A DNA stretch of 64,000 nucleotides from Clostridiales bacterium (GTDB taxonomy: Bacteria > Bacillota > Clostridia > Lachnospirales > Lachnospiraceae), in the NCBI GenBank assembly GCA_021202655.1, contig JAJQCO010000231.1:25-64024 (forward strand), read 5' to 3'. Numbering within the stretch: position 1 is the first letter of the stretch; the number at the start of each line of letters is the position of its first letter. Made by a program: the position numbers and the translations under genes. The notes under the pieces are model-generated. The model was not told where the DNA came from and searched no databases. It saw only the letters and a list, made by a program, of their open reading frames with translations. Below, piece by piece: positions 54,640 to 63,501 of the stretch.

Positions 54640-55354
54640 GGCTTCTCTCCCTCCCTTCGCTGCGTTTCAGCTTCCTCTCGATCAGGCTGAATATTTTCGC
54701 CAGGACAAATGTGATCGCCCAGTAAATCAGGGAAAGCGCAATATACATCTCAAAATAACGCACATTCCTGGAAGCGAGCAGCTTGCCCTGAGCCGTCATC
54801 TCCACCACCGCGCAGACAAAGGCGAGAGAAGTGCTCTTAACCATATTGATCAGCTCATTTCCCAGAGACGGGATGGCCACAATCAACGCCTCCGGGATGA
54901 TAATCTCCATATAAGTCTGGAAGGTCGTCATGCCGATCGAAAGCCCTGCCTCTCTCTGCCCCTTATCGACAGAAAGGATCGCCGCACGGATATTTTCGGA
55001 CGCGTAGGCGGCCTCGTTGAGCGAAAAGGCGACCAAAACAAAGACCACATTGGGCACCTTATTGATATTCAGATTCATACCGAAGTAAAAATTGATGTAC
55101 TGCAGCAGGATCGGGATCCCGTAATAGGACAGATAAAGCTGCACCAGAATCGGCGTTCCACGCATAAACGACACGTAAAACGCCGCAATCTTCTCGAGGA
55201 CCGGCACCCGGTTGATCTTGATCACCGCCACGATAAAGCCCAGAAGCAGCGCAAAAAAAATCGAGACAAGGGCGATCCCCAATGTGATCGGAAGATACCG
55301 GAGCAATGGTCCGATATCTTCCAGAATAATGGATGGTTTAAATAAATTTGGCAT
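54632..55354 (-). CDS. amino-acid ABC transporter permease (His/Glu/Gln/Arg/opine family)
   Basis: 240 aa with 5-6 transmembrane segments and an EAA-like loop (EAAYASENIRAAILSVDKGQREAGLSIGM). Confidence 0.9.
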   Translation of the reverse strand: MPNLFKPSIILEDIGPLLRYLPITLGIALVSIFFALLLGFIVAVIKINRVPVLEKIAAFYVSFMRGTPILVQLYLSYYGIPILLQYINFYFGMNLNINKVPNVVFVLVAFSLNEAAYASENIRAAILSVDKGQREAGLSIGMTTFQTYMEIIIPEALIVAIPSLGNELINMVKSTSLAFVCAVVEMTAQGKLLASRNVRYFEMYIALSLIYWAITFVLAKIFSLIERKLKRSEGRERSRA

Positions 55355-55374
55355 GCTTCAACCCCTCTGCGCTT

Positions 55375-56325
55375 TTACCAGTCTGCCCTGTCAATACCGG
55401 AATAATCCTTCCCCCAATATTTCACAGACAGCTCGGTCAGGGTGCCATTATCCTTCAATGTCTCCATCGCGCCGTCGATGGCGTCCGCCAGCTTCTGGCC
55501 TTCCTCTGTCTTCGCGATGACAAACCAGGTGCTTGGATTCTGAAGCTTGCTCGCTTCCTCGTCCGGAAGCGCTACGAAATCAAAATCATAGCCATACTCA
55601 TCCGCGTATACCTGAAGATTCGACTCACCGCCCATCATAAAATCAAAATTTCCCTGGTAAAGCTGCATATAAAAGCTTGACCAGTCCGCATCCGCGTACT
55701 GAATCTCGATCGGGTTGTCCGCATGCTCCGCATTGTAATTCTCCAGGAACAGCTGCCATGCGTCTCCCTTCGCGTTGCTCACAGTTTTCAGTCCGCCCAG
55801 GTCATCCAGCCCATTGATCGGATGCTCGTCCAGAAGACCCTCTCTCACATACAAACCGGACGCCTCATAGCGGTCATAATGCTTCGGGAAAATATATTTC
55901 TCGTTTCTCGTCTCATTCCAGCTCAGGCTGTTGAAGCCCAGCATATAGCGCCCCGTGTCGATGCCATTGAAAATGCTCTCAAACTCCGTGATCTCAAATT
56001 CGAACTCGTATTGAGGCAGAATCTCATCAATCGCCCGCAGCAGATCGGCTTCGTATCCGGCCAGCTCTCCATTCTCATCCACATAAGAAAACTTCACCGT
56101 ATGACCGTCCGTTGCGCACATCACCGTCGTGATCTCATCCGTCGTCGCCTCCGCGCCCTCGGTTTCGGCTGGCTCTGCTTCCGCGGCAGCCGCCTCCGTC
56201 TCAGCTACTGCCTCTGTCTCAGCCGCTGCTTCCGTCGCCGCGGTGCTGCCTCCGCAGGCGGTAAGCGCCAGAGCTCCCAGCACGACCGGCGTCAGAACAC
56301 GTGTCATCATCCATCTCTTTTTCAT
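55375..56325 (-). CDS. amino-acid ABC transporter substrate-binding lipoprotein with an Ala/Glu/Thr-rich linker
   Basis: Lipobox LGALALTACGGS, linker TEAAAETEAVAETEAAAAEAEPAETEGAEATT, then a family-3 SBP-like domain. The ATG at 56325 follows GGAGAGGAAAG. Confidence 0.85.
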   Translation of the reverse strand: MKKRWMMTRVLTPVVLGALALTACGGSTAATEAAAETEAVAETEAAAAEAEPAETEGAEATTDEITTVMCATDGHTVKFSYVDENGELAGYEADLLRAIDEILPQYEFEFEITEFESIFNGIDTGRYMLGFNSLSWNETRNEKYIFPKHYDRYEASGLYVREGLLDEHPINGLDDLGGLKTVSNAKGDAWQLFLENYNAEHADNPIEIQYADADWSSFYMQLYQGNFDFMMGGESNLQVYADEYGYDFDFVALPDEEASKLQNPSTWFVIAKTEEGQKLADAIDGAMETLKDNGTLTELSVKYWGKDYSGIDRADW

Positions 56326-56384
56326 CTTTCCTCTCCTCTTTTCTCTCCTTGTTGTCAAAAAAGTTTTGTATCACACTTTCCTAT

Positions 56385-56413
56385 AAAATAGCACACGACA
56401 AAATCCCTGTCAA
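56385..56413 (-). promoter_or_regulatory. candidate promoter of the ABC importer operon
   Basis: The minus strand has TTGACA, a 17-nt spacer and TATTTT (a weak -10). Confidence 0.35.
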
Positions 56414-56508
56414 ATAGAACAAAACAATATCCGGCCATAAATCATCCTTATAATCGGCGACCGCCGACTTCGCCAGACCGGAATCTTTGCCGTTAAAAGC
56501 TCCGGATA

Positions 56509-56550
56509 CCAAAACCGCCGCATGAGCCCATCTTCGGACTCATACGGCGG
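56509..56550 (-). terminator. rho-independent terminator of the phosphoglucomutase gene
   Basis: The minus strand reads CCGCCGTATGAG..loop..CTCATGCGGCGG followed by TTTTGG. It lies downstream of repeat copy 3. Confidence 0.8.
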
Positions 56551-56577
56551 AACATTCCATCGTAAACTCCAGGAAAT

Positions 56578-56698
56578 TACAATGGAAGTCCAAGAATCCA
56601 AGCCGTTAGGCGCAGGATGATTGGCAACTTCCATGTATGCAGCGGCGCTTAGCGAGAGCGAGTCGTAAGACGATGCTCGAACTTAGCATAGTCGCTTA
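56578..56698 (+). repeat. structured intergenic repeat, copy 3
   Basis: Aligns with copies 1 and 2. The clamp here is ATGGAAGT...ACTTCCAT. Its last 3 nt (TTA) are the complement of the phosphoglucomutase TAA stop. Confidence 0.85.
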
Positions 56699-58435
56699 TT
56701 TCGTCAGCTCGGTCACAATCGCATCCACTGCCTTGCCAAACGCCGCGGACTTCGCGTCGGCGTCTTCCAGAGAAGCGCCCTTCACTCCATAATAGAACTT
56801 GATCTTCGGCTCTGTTCCGGAAGGTCTTACGCACATCCATGCGTTATCGTTCATATCATAGTAAAGAACATTGGAGGACGGAAGGCCGGTCGGAGTGACC
56901 TCGCCGGTCGCCATATTCTGAATCGTATCCTTCTGATAATCGCGGGCAGACAGAACCTGATAGCCGCCCACCTCTGTCGGCGGATCGTTCCGCAGGGACT
57001 CCATAATCGCCTTGATCTTTGCCAGACCCTCGATGCCTGCCAGACCGATGGACTTGACGGCGTCCTTATAGTAGCCGTACTTATTGTACATATCGATCAT
57101 CGCATCCCACAGAGTCTTGCCCTGGGTCTTGTAGTACGCAGCCGCCTCGCACAGAGCAACCGTCGCGGAAACTGCGTCCTTATCGCGCGCGTAGGTGCCG
57201 ATCAGGCAGCCGTAGCTCTCTTCCATACCGAACATATAATGGCCGACGCCTGTCCTCTCCTCCTTGAGCACCTGCTGTCCGATCCACTTGAATCCGGTCA
57301 GGCACTCCACCAGCTTACAGTCATAGCCCGCCGCAACCGCGTCGATCAGGTTCGTGCTGACGATGGACTTGACCACCTCGCCGTCAGCCGGAATCGCGTT
57401 CTGCGCCTTCTTCTGGCTCAGCACATACTCGCACAGAAGGGAACCGGACATATTGCCGGTCAGAGAAATATACTCGCCGGACTTCGTATCCTTCACATAA
57501 ACGCCCAGGCGGTCTGCATCCGGATCGGTCGCCAGAACCAGATCCGCGTCGATCTCCTTCGCAAGCTTTAAGCCAAGCGCGAATGCCTCCGCCGCCTCCG
57601 GGTTCGGATAGCTGACGGTCGGGAACTCACCGTCCGGCAGCTCCTGCTCACGGACAACATATACATTCTCGAAACCAATGTCATGCAGCGCACGGCGAAC
57701 CAGAATATTACCGGTGCCGTGAAGCGGGGTATAAACAATCTTAATATCCTTCTGCATCGCGTTGATGGCATCCTGGTTCACCACCTGCGCCTCAACCTGC
57801 GCCAGATACTTATCATCCATGTCAGCGCCGATGACCTTGTAAAGGCCAAGAGACTTCGCGTCGGACGCGGTCATGGTCTTCACGGTGGACAGATCCTCAA
57901 TGGCCAGCACTTCCTCTGTCACGCCCTTGTCATGAGGCGGGGTGAACTGTGCGCCGTCCTCCCAGTAAACCTTGTAGCCGTTGTACTCCGGCGGATTGTG
58001 GCTCGCAGTGATGTTGATACCGGCAATGCATCCCAGCTCGCGGACCGCAAAGGACAGCTCCGGCGTCGGGCGCAAAGACTCAAACTTATAAGCCCGGATC
58101 CCATTCGCCGCCAGGGTGCGGGCAGCCTCATCCGCAAACTCCGGAGACATCCGGCGGGAATCAAATGCGATCGCCACGCCCTTATCCGCGCCTCCCTGCT
58201 TGATAATATAATTGGCAAGGCCCTGCGTAGCCCGGCGCACCACATAGATATTCATCCGGTTGATGCCTGCGCCAAGCACTCCGCGAAGACCGGCGGTGCC
58301 AAACTCAAGATCCATATAGAAGCGCTCCTTGATCGCGTTCTCATCCCCTGCGATCGCTCTCAGCTCATCCTTCGTCGCTTCATCGAAATACGGATTGTCA
58401 AGCCACTCCTGATAGATCTTCATATAATCTTTCAT
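56696..58435 (-). CDS. phosphoglucomutase / phosphomannomutase family protein (alpha-PGM type)
   Basis: Phosphoserine loop TASHNPPEYNGYKV, Mg loop DPDADR, ~579 aa. The ATG at 58435 follows AGGAGGGAG. Confidence 0.9.
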   Translation of the reverse strand: MKDYMKIYQEWLDNPYFDEATKDELRAIAGDENAIKERFYMDLEFGTAGLRGVLGAGINRMNIYVVRRATQGLANYIIKQGGADKGVAIAFDSRRMSPEFADEAARTLAANGIRAYKFESLRPTPELSFAVRELGCIAGINITASHNPPEYNGYKVYWEDGAQFTPPHDKGVTEEVLAIEDLSTVKTMTASDAKSLGLYKVIGADMDDKYLAQVEAQVVNQDAINAMQKDIKIVYTPLHGTGNILVRRALHDIGFENVYVVREQELPDGEFPTVSYPNPEAAEAFALGLKLAKEIDADLVLATDPDADRLGVYVKDTKSGEYISLTGNMSGSLLCEYVLSQKKAQNAIPADGEVVKSIVSTNLIDAVAAGYDCKLVECLTGFKWIGQQVLKEERTGVGHYMFGMEESYGCLIGTYARDKDAVSATVALCEAAAYYKTQGKTLWDAMIDMYNKYGYYKDAVKSIGLAGIEGLAKIKAIMESLRNDPPTEVGGYQVLSARDYQKDTIQNMATGEVTPTGLPSSNVLYYDMNDNAWMCVRPSGTEPKIKFYYGVKGASLEDADAKSAAFGKAVDAIVTELTK

Positions 58436-58574
58436 AACCAAATACTCCCTCCTGTCGGTAGTTCCCGGGCACAGCAATCTGCAAATATGCACAAAATTAT
58501 CCCGGATTCATTTTAATACATGAACCTATTATATAACAGGCTGCCGGAAAAAGGAAGGAAAAAGTATGCAAAAA

Positions 58575-59777
58575 TCACAGATTTATTTTTGACAGGAACA
58601 ATTTCCTGGATTTCTGACGGGCTTCAATGGCTTTCAGCTTCTCCACGTTCTTCTCCGGTATCCACGCCTTGTTGGCGCTGTTATAATAATTCAGCTGCTT
58701 CCAGTATTTTTCCGGATATAAGAACAGATAATACAGACATTTTCGCTCCTCCCGGGAAATCGGCCGGACGCGGTCGTAGCGCTCGATCATCGCCAGTCCA
58801 AGCCCTCCGTCCCAATCCTGCCGTTCCAGGCATTTGCGCAGGAAACGGTACAGATCCGTCATCTGAATGCCGCGGTGCATCTGATTGAATTCAATAAAAA
58901 CCGCCTCCGGGCCACGGATCAGAATGTGATGCTGATCCAGATCGCCGTGGCAGAGCGCCTGCGGCAGACAGGCATTTTCTCCCTTTTCTTCGCGCGCCCC
59001 GTCCCTTCCCGTCTCCGCGCCGGTCGACATCCTGATATCCAGCAGATTTCCAACTACAGGACCTGCCACTGGCAGCTCCTTCCGTATGCTATGGCAAACT
59101 ACAGGACCTGCCACCGGCGGCTCCTTGCGTATGCCAGGGCAAAGAAGATGTTCCAGCCCCTCCTGTGCCTGCAGCGCCTCCTCATAATAGGAATCAAAAT
59201 GGGCAATCACACACCGCTCAAAATCGCCCTTCTTTTTCTGATTCCGGATAAAGGTGCGTACCCGCTTCATCTCCCGGGTATGGCGCCGCATCTCGCTCAA
59301 AGGCCCCGGCGGAAGCATGGATCGCAGATCCCACTCGTCCCGCCAGGCAATCTCTCCCATCGCCTGATGCAGCCGGGCAATGTGGGAGACCGCTCCCAGC
59401 ATTTCCCGGCTGTCCCGCAAACTGCATTCCCGGTCGCTGAACCATTCCTTCAATACATATTTCGTCCCATCCTCCGCGACTGTGAGAAGCTCTCCGTCCT
59501 GATTTCTCACATAGCGGTCGGTCAGGGCAATGCCCCGCTCTCCCAGCTCCTCCAGAACAGCCGTCTCAAATTCCAGACGCCGGACTGTTCCCCGATACTC
59601 CTTTAACTGCTTCACGCTGCCGTCAGACCATTGACAGATCCAGGCTCCCCTTCCCTTGCGGATACTGAGGGTCTCTCCCTCATAGTGCTGCAACGCTTCC
59701 AGATAACTGTCGTACACGCCCACCCCTCCACTCTGATGCCTGGTATCACAAAAGCCAGATTCCTCTGACCCCTGCAT
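58575..59777 (-). CDS. CotS-family / aminoglycoside-phosphotransferase-fold kinase-like protein
   Basis: Catalytic-loop-like LCHGDLDQHHILI followed by IEFNQM. This is the CotS-type spore coat protein kinase architecture. It contains an in-frame 45-bp tandem duplication. Confidence 0.7.
   Translation of the reverse strand: MQGSEESGFCDTRHQSGGVGVYDSYLEALQHYEGETLSIRKGRGAWICQWSDGSVKQLKEYRGTVRRLEFETAVLEELGERGIALTDRYVRNQDGELLTVAEDGTKYVLKEWFSDRECSLRDSREMLGAVSHIARLHQAMGEIAWRDEWDLRSMLPPGPLSEMRRHTREMKRVRTFIRNQKKKGDFERCVIAHFDSYYEEALQAQEGLEHLLCPGIRKEPPVAGPVVCHSIRKELPVAGPVVGNLLDIRMSTGAETGRDGAREEKGENACLPQALCHGDLDQHHILIRGPEAVFIEFNQMHRGIQMTDLYRFLRKCLERQDWDGGLGLAMIERYDRVRPISREERKCLYYLFLYPEKYWKQLNYYNSANKAWIPEKNVEKLKAIEARQKSRKLFLSKINL
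59052..59141. repeat. 2 x 45-bp in-frame tandem duplication inside the CotS-like gene
   Basis: 59052-59096 and 59097-59141 differ at only a few positions and encode (minus strand) IRKEPPVAGPVV.. / IRKELPVAGPVV... Confidence 0.85.
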
Positions 59778-59824
59778 CCCTTCATAACTGTTTCATGGTA
59801 TGAGCGGCGAAAACAGATTATTCG

Positions 59825-61024
59825 TTATTTTATGCGAAGCAGGATCTCCCTCTGATTGTCCTCCGGATGCGATAACACATGGTCCAGCATCCTCGATAAG
59901 ATCTCTCCGATCTCCTTTCCCGGCTTTATGCCTGCTTCGATCAGATCCCTGCCCTTCACAGCCAGATCCTTAAGCCACAGGCAATCTCCATCCGCGCGGA
60001 TCCTTGCCGTAAGGGCGCGAATTTCCTCGCCGTATCCGTTCAGATCTGACAGCGCGTCCCAGAGCTCCGGCTCCATCTGCGCCATCGCCCGCCGCACCGC
60101 CTCCGACTCCGCGGCCGGTTCCACGCCGGACCAGGCCACCAGGAGCTTCACTCTGGCGATCGTGTCATTGTCCATCTTCAGATCGCGCAAAACCCGGACA
60201 GCCGTCTCTGACCGCGCCTGCCTGCCGCAGTCCTCTGCGTCTCCTTTTCCCTCATTTCCGCGCAGAAAGGCCGCCCAACGCACATACTTTTCCCGCGGCA
60301 AAGTCGCGGGGACGGATACGCGCTCCCATGGGAGCGCCGCAAAGGCCGGGGAAATATAGCGGCTGATTCCAGTCGCATAGACCGCCTTTATCTGCTCCGG
60401 ATGATCCGACAACAAGATCTTCGTGAGCTCAGCCTGAATCCGCTCCCGACTGACCTTCGCGAGATTCGGCGCAATCACCGGAATCGCCTCCCGCGTCCCC
60501 GCCTCCACCGCAAATCCCAGCTGCGCACAAAAGCGGATCGCGCGGAGAATCCGCAGCGCGTCCTCCGTAAACCGCTCCAGCGGATCGCCCACACAGCGGA
60601 TCACCTTCTTCTCCAGATCCTGCACGCCGCCAAAAGCGTCCACCATCCCGGTTTCGTAACTATAGGCCATGGCATTGATCGTAAAATCCCGCCGCCTCAG
60701 ATCCTCCAGAAGATTCGAGGTAAACACCACCTGCTTCGGATGGCGTCCGTCCTCATACTCCCCGTCAATCCGGTAGGTCGTCACCTCGTAGCCGATCCGG
60801 CCTATCATCACCGTCACGGTTCCGTGCTGAATCCCCGTGTCGACCGTGCGGCGAAACAACGCCTTCACCTGCTCCGGCCGCGCCGACGTCGTGATATCCC
60901 AGTCCTCCGGCTCCCGCCCCAGCAGACTGTCCCTGACACATCCGCCCACCGCAAACGCCTCATAACCGTTCTCGTTCAGTTTTCCGATAATCTGCTCCAC
61001 CTGGGCAGGCATCTGTATCCGCAT
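59825..61024 (-). CDS. cca: CCA-adding tRNA nucleotidyltransferase
   Basis: GGCVRDSLLGREPEDWDITT head-domain motif and RRDFTINAMA. Confidence 0.9.
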   Translation of the reverse strand: MRIQMPAQVEQIIGKLNENGYEAFAVGGCVRDSLLGREPEDWDITTSARPEQVKALFRRTVDTGIQHGTVTVMIGRIGYEVTTYRIDGEYEDGRHPKQVVFTSNLLEDLRRRDFTINAMAYSYETGMVDAFGGVQDLEKKVIRCVGDPLERFTEDALRILRAIRFCAQLGFAVEAGTREAIPVIAPNLAKVSRERIQAELTKILLSDHPEQIKAVYATGISRYISPAFAALPWERVSVPATLPREKYVRWAAFLRGNEGKGDAEDCGRQARSETAVRVLRDLKMDNDTIARVKLLVAWSGVEPAAESEAVRRAMAQMEPELWDALSDLNGYGEEIRALTARIRADGDCLWLKDLAVKGRDLIEAGIKPGKEIGEILSRMLDHVLSHPEDNQREILLRIK

Positions 61025-61314
61025 CCCGGTTTCCTTCCTTCATTATCTCAATTCCTGTCATCCACTTGTTTCCGGTTTTTCTCTTCATATGGTTTTCCTT
61101 CTGCTTTATACTGGCTTTCTGCCAATTTTTTCACTTATTCAGATACCGCCATATCTGCCGGAAAAACCACTTTTCCATCTTATTATACGAAAAACAGGGA
61201 CACTCATCAATCATTTTTTCACTCTCTGTGCATATCGGTTGCCGGTTGCTATTTCATTCCGCGAATGGTATCATAAAAAGGATGCAAAAGTAGAGAAAAG
61301 GAAGAGAATCTCCT

Positions 61315-62688
61315 ATGTCTGATAAAAAAGAAATGTCCATGGAAGCACAGAAAGCAGAGTTGTTTGAAAAAACACCGATCCCACAGGCCGTCCTGAAGAT
61401 GGCCGTTCCCACCGTGCTCAGTTCTCTTGTCATGGTTATTTATAATCTGGCCGACACTTACTTTGTGGGAATGCTGAACAATTCCATAGAAAATGCGGCG
61501 GTCACGCTGGCCGCGCCTGTGCTTCTGGCTTTTAACGCCGTCATTAACCTGTTTGGCATAGGCGGCTCCAGCCTGATGAGCCGCTATCTGGGGCGAAAAG
61601 AATACGCAGCCGTGCGCAAAAGCTCCGCCATCAGCTTTTACTGCGCCCTGGGATTCTCCGCTTTATTTTCCCTGTCATTTGCCGTGTTCCACACACCGCT
61701 GCTTGGGATTCTGGGTACTGCCAAAGATACGGCGGCGGCCACCTGGCAGTATCTGCAATGGACGACGGTATGCGGCGCCATCCCGGCCATTCTGAACGTA
61801 GTCCTGGCAAATCTGGTACGCGCGGAAGGTTCTTCTCTCCATGCCAGCATCGGAACCATGAGCGGCTGTCTTCTCAACATCATCCTGGATCCCTTTTTCA
61901 TCCTCCCATACGGCTTTGGCATGAGAGCCGCCGGCGCCGGCCTGGCTACCTTTCTTTCCAACTGCGCGGCCTGTATTTACTTTTTTGTGCTGTTATGGAT
62001 CCGGCGCAGACAGACTCTGGTGTGTGTGAATCCGCGGGTCTTTTCCTTTGACATGACAATCCTCAGCCAGATCTGTGCCGTCGGCGTCCCCGCGGCCATT
62101 CAGAATCTGCTGAACGTGACCGGCATGACAGTATTAAATAACTTTACCGCTGTCTACGGCTCTACCGCCGTTGCCGCCATGGGAATTACCCAGAAAATCA
62201 ATCTGATTCCGCTGTATATCACCATGGGGATTTCCCAGGGCATCATGCCGTTGGTCGGTTATAATTACGCCAGCAAAAACCGCGGCCGCATGAAGGAAGC
62301 GATCACATTTACCGCAAAAATAAGCATTTCTTTTATTCTTCTGATGACAACCGCTTATTACCTGGGTGCGGAGAAGCTGATTGGACTGTTTATGAAAAAT
62401 GAAGAGGTGGTCGCCTATGGTAGCCGTTTCCTCCACGGCATGTGCATCGGCCTGGTGTTCCTGACGGTTGATTTCCTGGCGGTCGGCGTATTCCAGGCAT
62501 GCGGTATGGGAAAATCCTCCCTGATCTTTGCCATTCTCCGAAAGATTGTGCTGGAAATTCCCGCGCTGTTCCTTTTAAACCGGATCTGGCCCCTGTACGG
62601 GCTCGCTTACGCCCAAACCTGCGCGGAGGTTGTTCTCGCCATCGCAGCAGTGATCCTGCTGCGGAACATGTTCCGGGAGACCGTTTAA
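61315..62688 (+). CDS. MATE family efflux transporter
   Basis: 457 aa with 12 predicted transmembrane segments. N-terminal AVPTVLSSLVMVIYNLADTYFVG is typical of MatE repeats. Confidence 0.88.
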   Translation: MSDKKEMSMEAQKAELFEKTPIPQAVLKMAVPTVLSSLVMVIYNLADTYFVGMLNNSIENAAVTLAAPVLLAFNAVINLFGIGGSSLMSRYLGRKEYAAVRKSSAISFYCALGFSALFSLSFAVFHTPLLGILGTAKDTAAATWQYLQWTTVCGAIPAILNVVLANLVRAEGSSLHASIGTMSGCLLNIILDPFFILPYGFGMRAAGAGLATFLSNCAACIYFFVLLWIRRRQTLVCVNPRVFSFDMTILSQICAVGVPAAIQNLLNVTGMTVLNNFTAVYGSTAVAAMGITQKINLIPLYITMGISQGIMPLVGYNYASKNRGRMKEAITFTAKISISFILLMTTAYYLGAEKLIGLFMKNEEVVAYGSRFLHGMCIGLVFLTVDFLAVGVFQACGMGKSSLIFAILRKIVLEIPALFLLNRIWPLYGLAYAQTCAEVVLAIAAVILLRNMFRETV

Positions 62689-62706
62689 GCTCATTCAAGC
62701 CATCAT

Positions 62707-63237
62707 TCACCGCTTTTCTGTCATACTGTTTCCTGTCCAGGCTTTGTATCGTTCACACAGCTTTCTGAGGGAATAATCCTCATAATCATATGGCGAAATA
62801 AGAGCATCATCCAATGAATGGTTGCCTCTAAGGACAAGGCGCTTTAGCTCCATTGAATCAGCAAGGACACTTTCGTTTCCAATTCGAATATACGCCTCAA
62901 TGACGCCATCCGCCGTATAATAGTAAGGCGTATCCGTTCCAGCCAGAACACGAACCATCAAAATATCTTTTCCATCTTCCACCGTGTAAAGCTGCATTAC
63001 AATCTGAGGAAACGGAGAAATACACTCCTTTACCATCTGACTGACATATTCCGGCGCACTTTTTATATCCTCAAGACCAATCACCTGTTCATCATCCGTA
63101 ACGCCGAAAATGAGCATCCCTCCTGCCGTATTGGCGAAGGCACTGACGCTTTTCAGCCAGCTCTTCGGTTTTTCCATTTCCACGGCCTGTTTTTTATCGT
63201 ATTCTGTAGATTCTCCGATAAATTCTCTCAAATTCAT
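62707..63237 (-). CDS. AlbA_2 / Schlafen-like domain protein (short, ~176 aa)
   Basis: ESTEYDKK..WLKSVSAFANTAGGMLIFGVTDD..PYYY..IRIGNES matches the divergent AAA/AlbA_2 N-terminal domain of putative regulators. The ATG at 63237 follows GGAGG. It lacks the usual C-terminal ATPase-like and HTH parts. Confidence 0.65.
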   Translation of the reverse strand: MNLREFIGESTEYDKKQAVEMEKPKSWLKSVSAFANTAGGMLIFGVTDDEQVIGLEDIKSAPEYVSQMVKECISPFPQIVMQLYTVEDGKDILMVRVLAGTDTPYYYTADGVIEAYIRIGNESVLADSMELKRLVLRGNHSLDDALISPYDYEDYSLRKLCERYKAWTGNSMTEKR

Positions 63238-63501
63238 GCTACCTGCCTCCATTACTCTGCATTTAGTACATGGGTATTGTAACACAAGCAAACGACTTTT
63301 TAAAGTCACCTGAAAAGCTGGTTGCTGTTTTTGCATGGCTCATTGCTAACGCGCGACATCAATACTGCCGTTTCAAGCATAATACTTCTTTACATTCTGG
63401 CCAGTTTCACACAGCATTCCACATGGCACGAGAAAACGATATTGATGTCACATGTAGAGCGGTTGTCTGTGCAAACATATCCATCAGACCAATATGAATC
63501 T

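Noticed and set aside
31974-56698. Whether the repeated elements could be a CRISPR array.
   Set aside because: The copies are tens of kb apart, occur in both orientations, are about 125 nt long with internal hairpins, and are not interleaved with regular spacers. No cas genes are present in the window.
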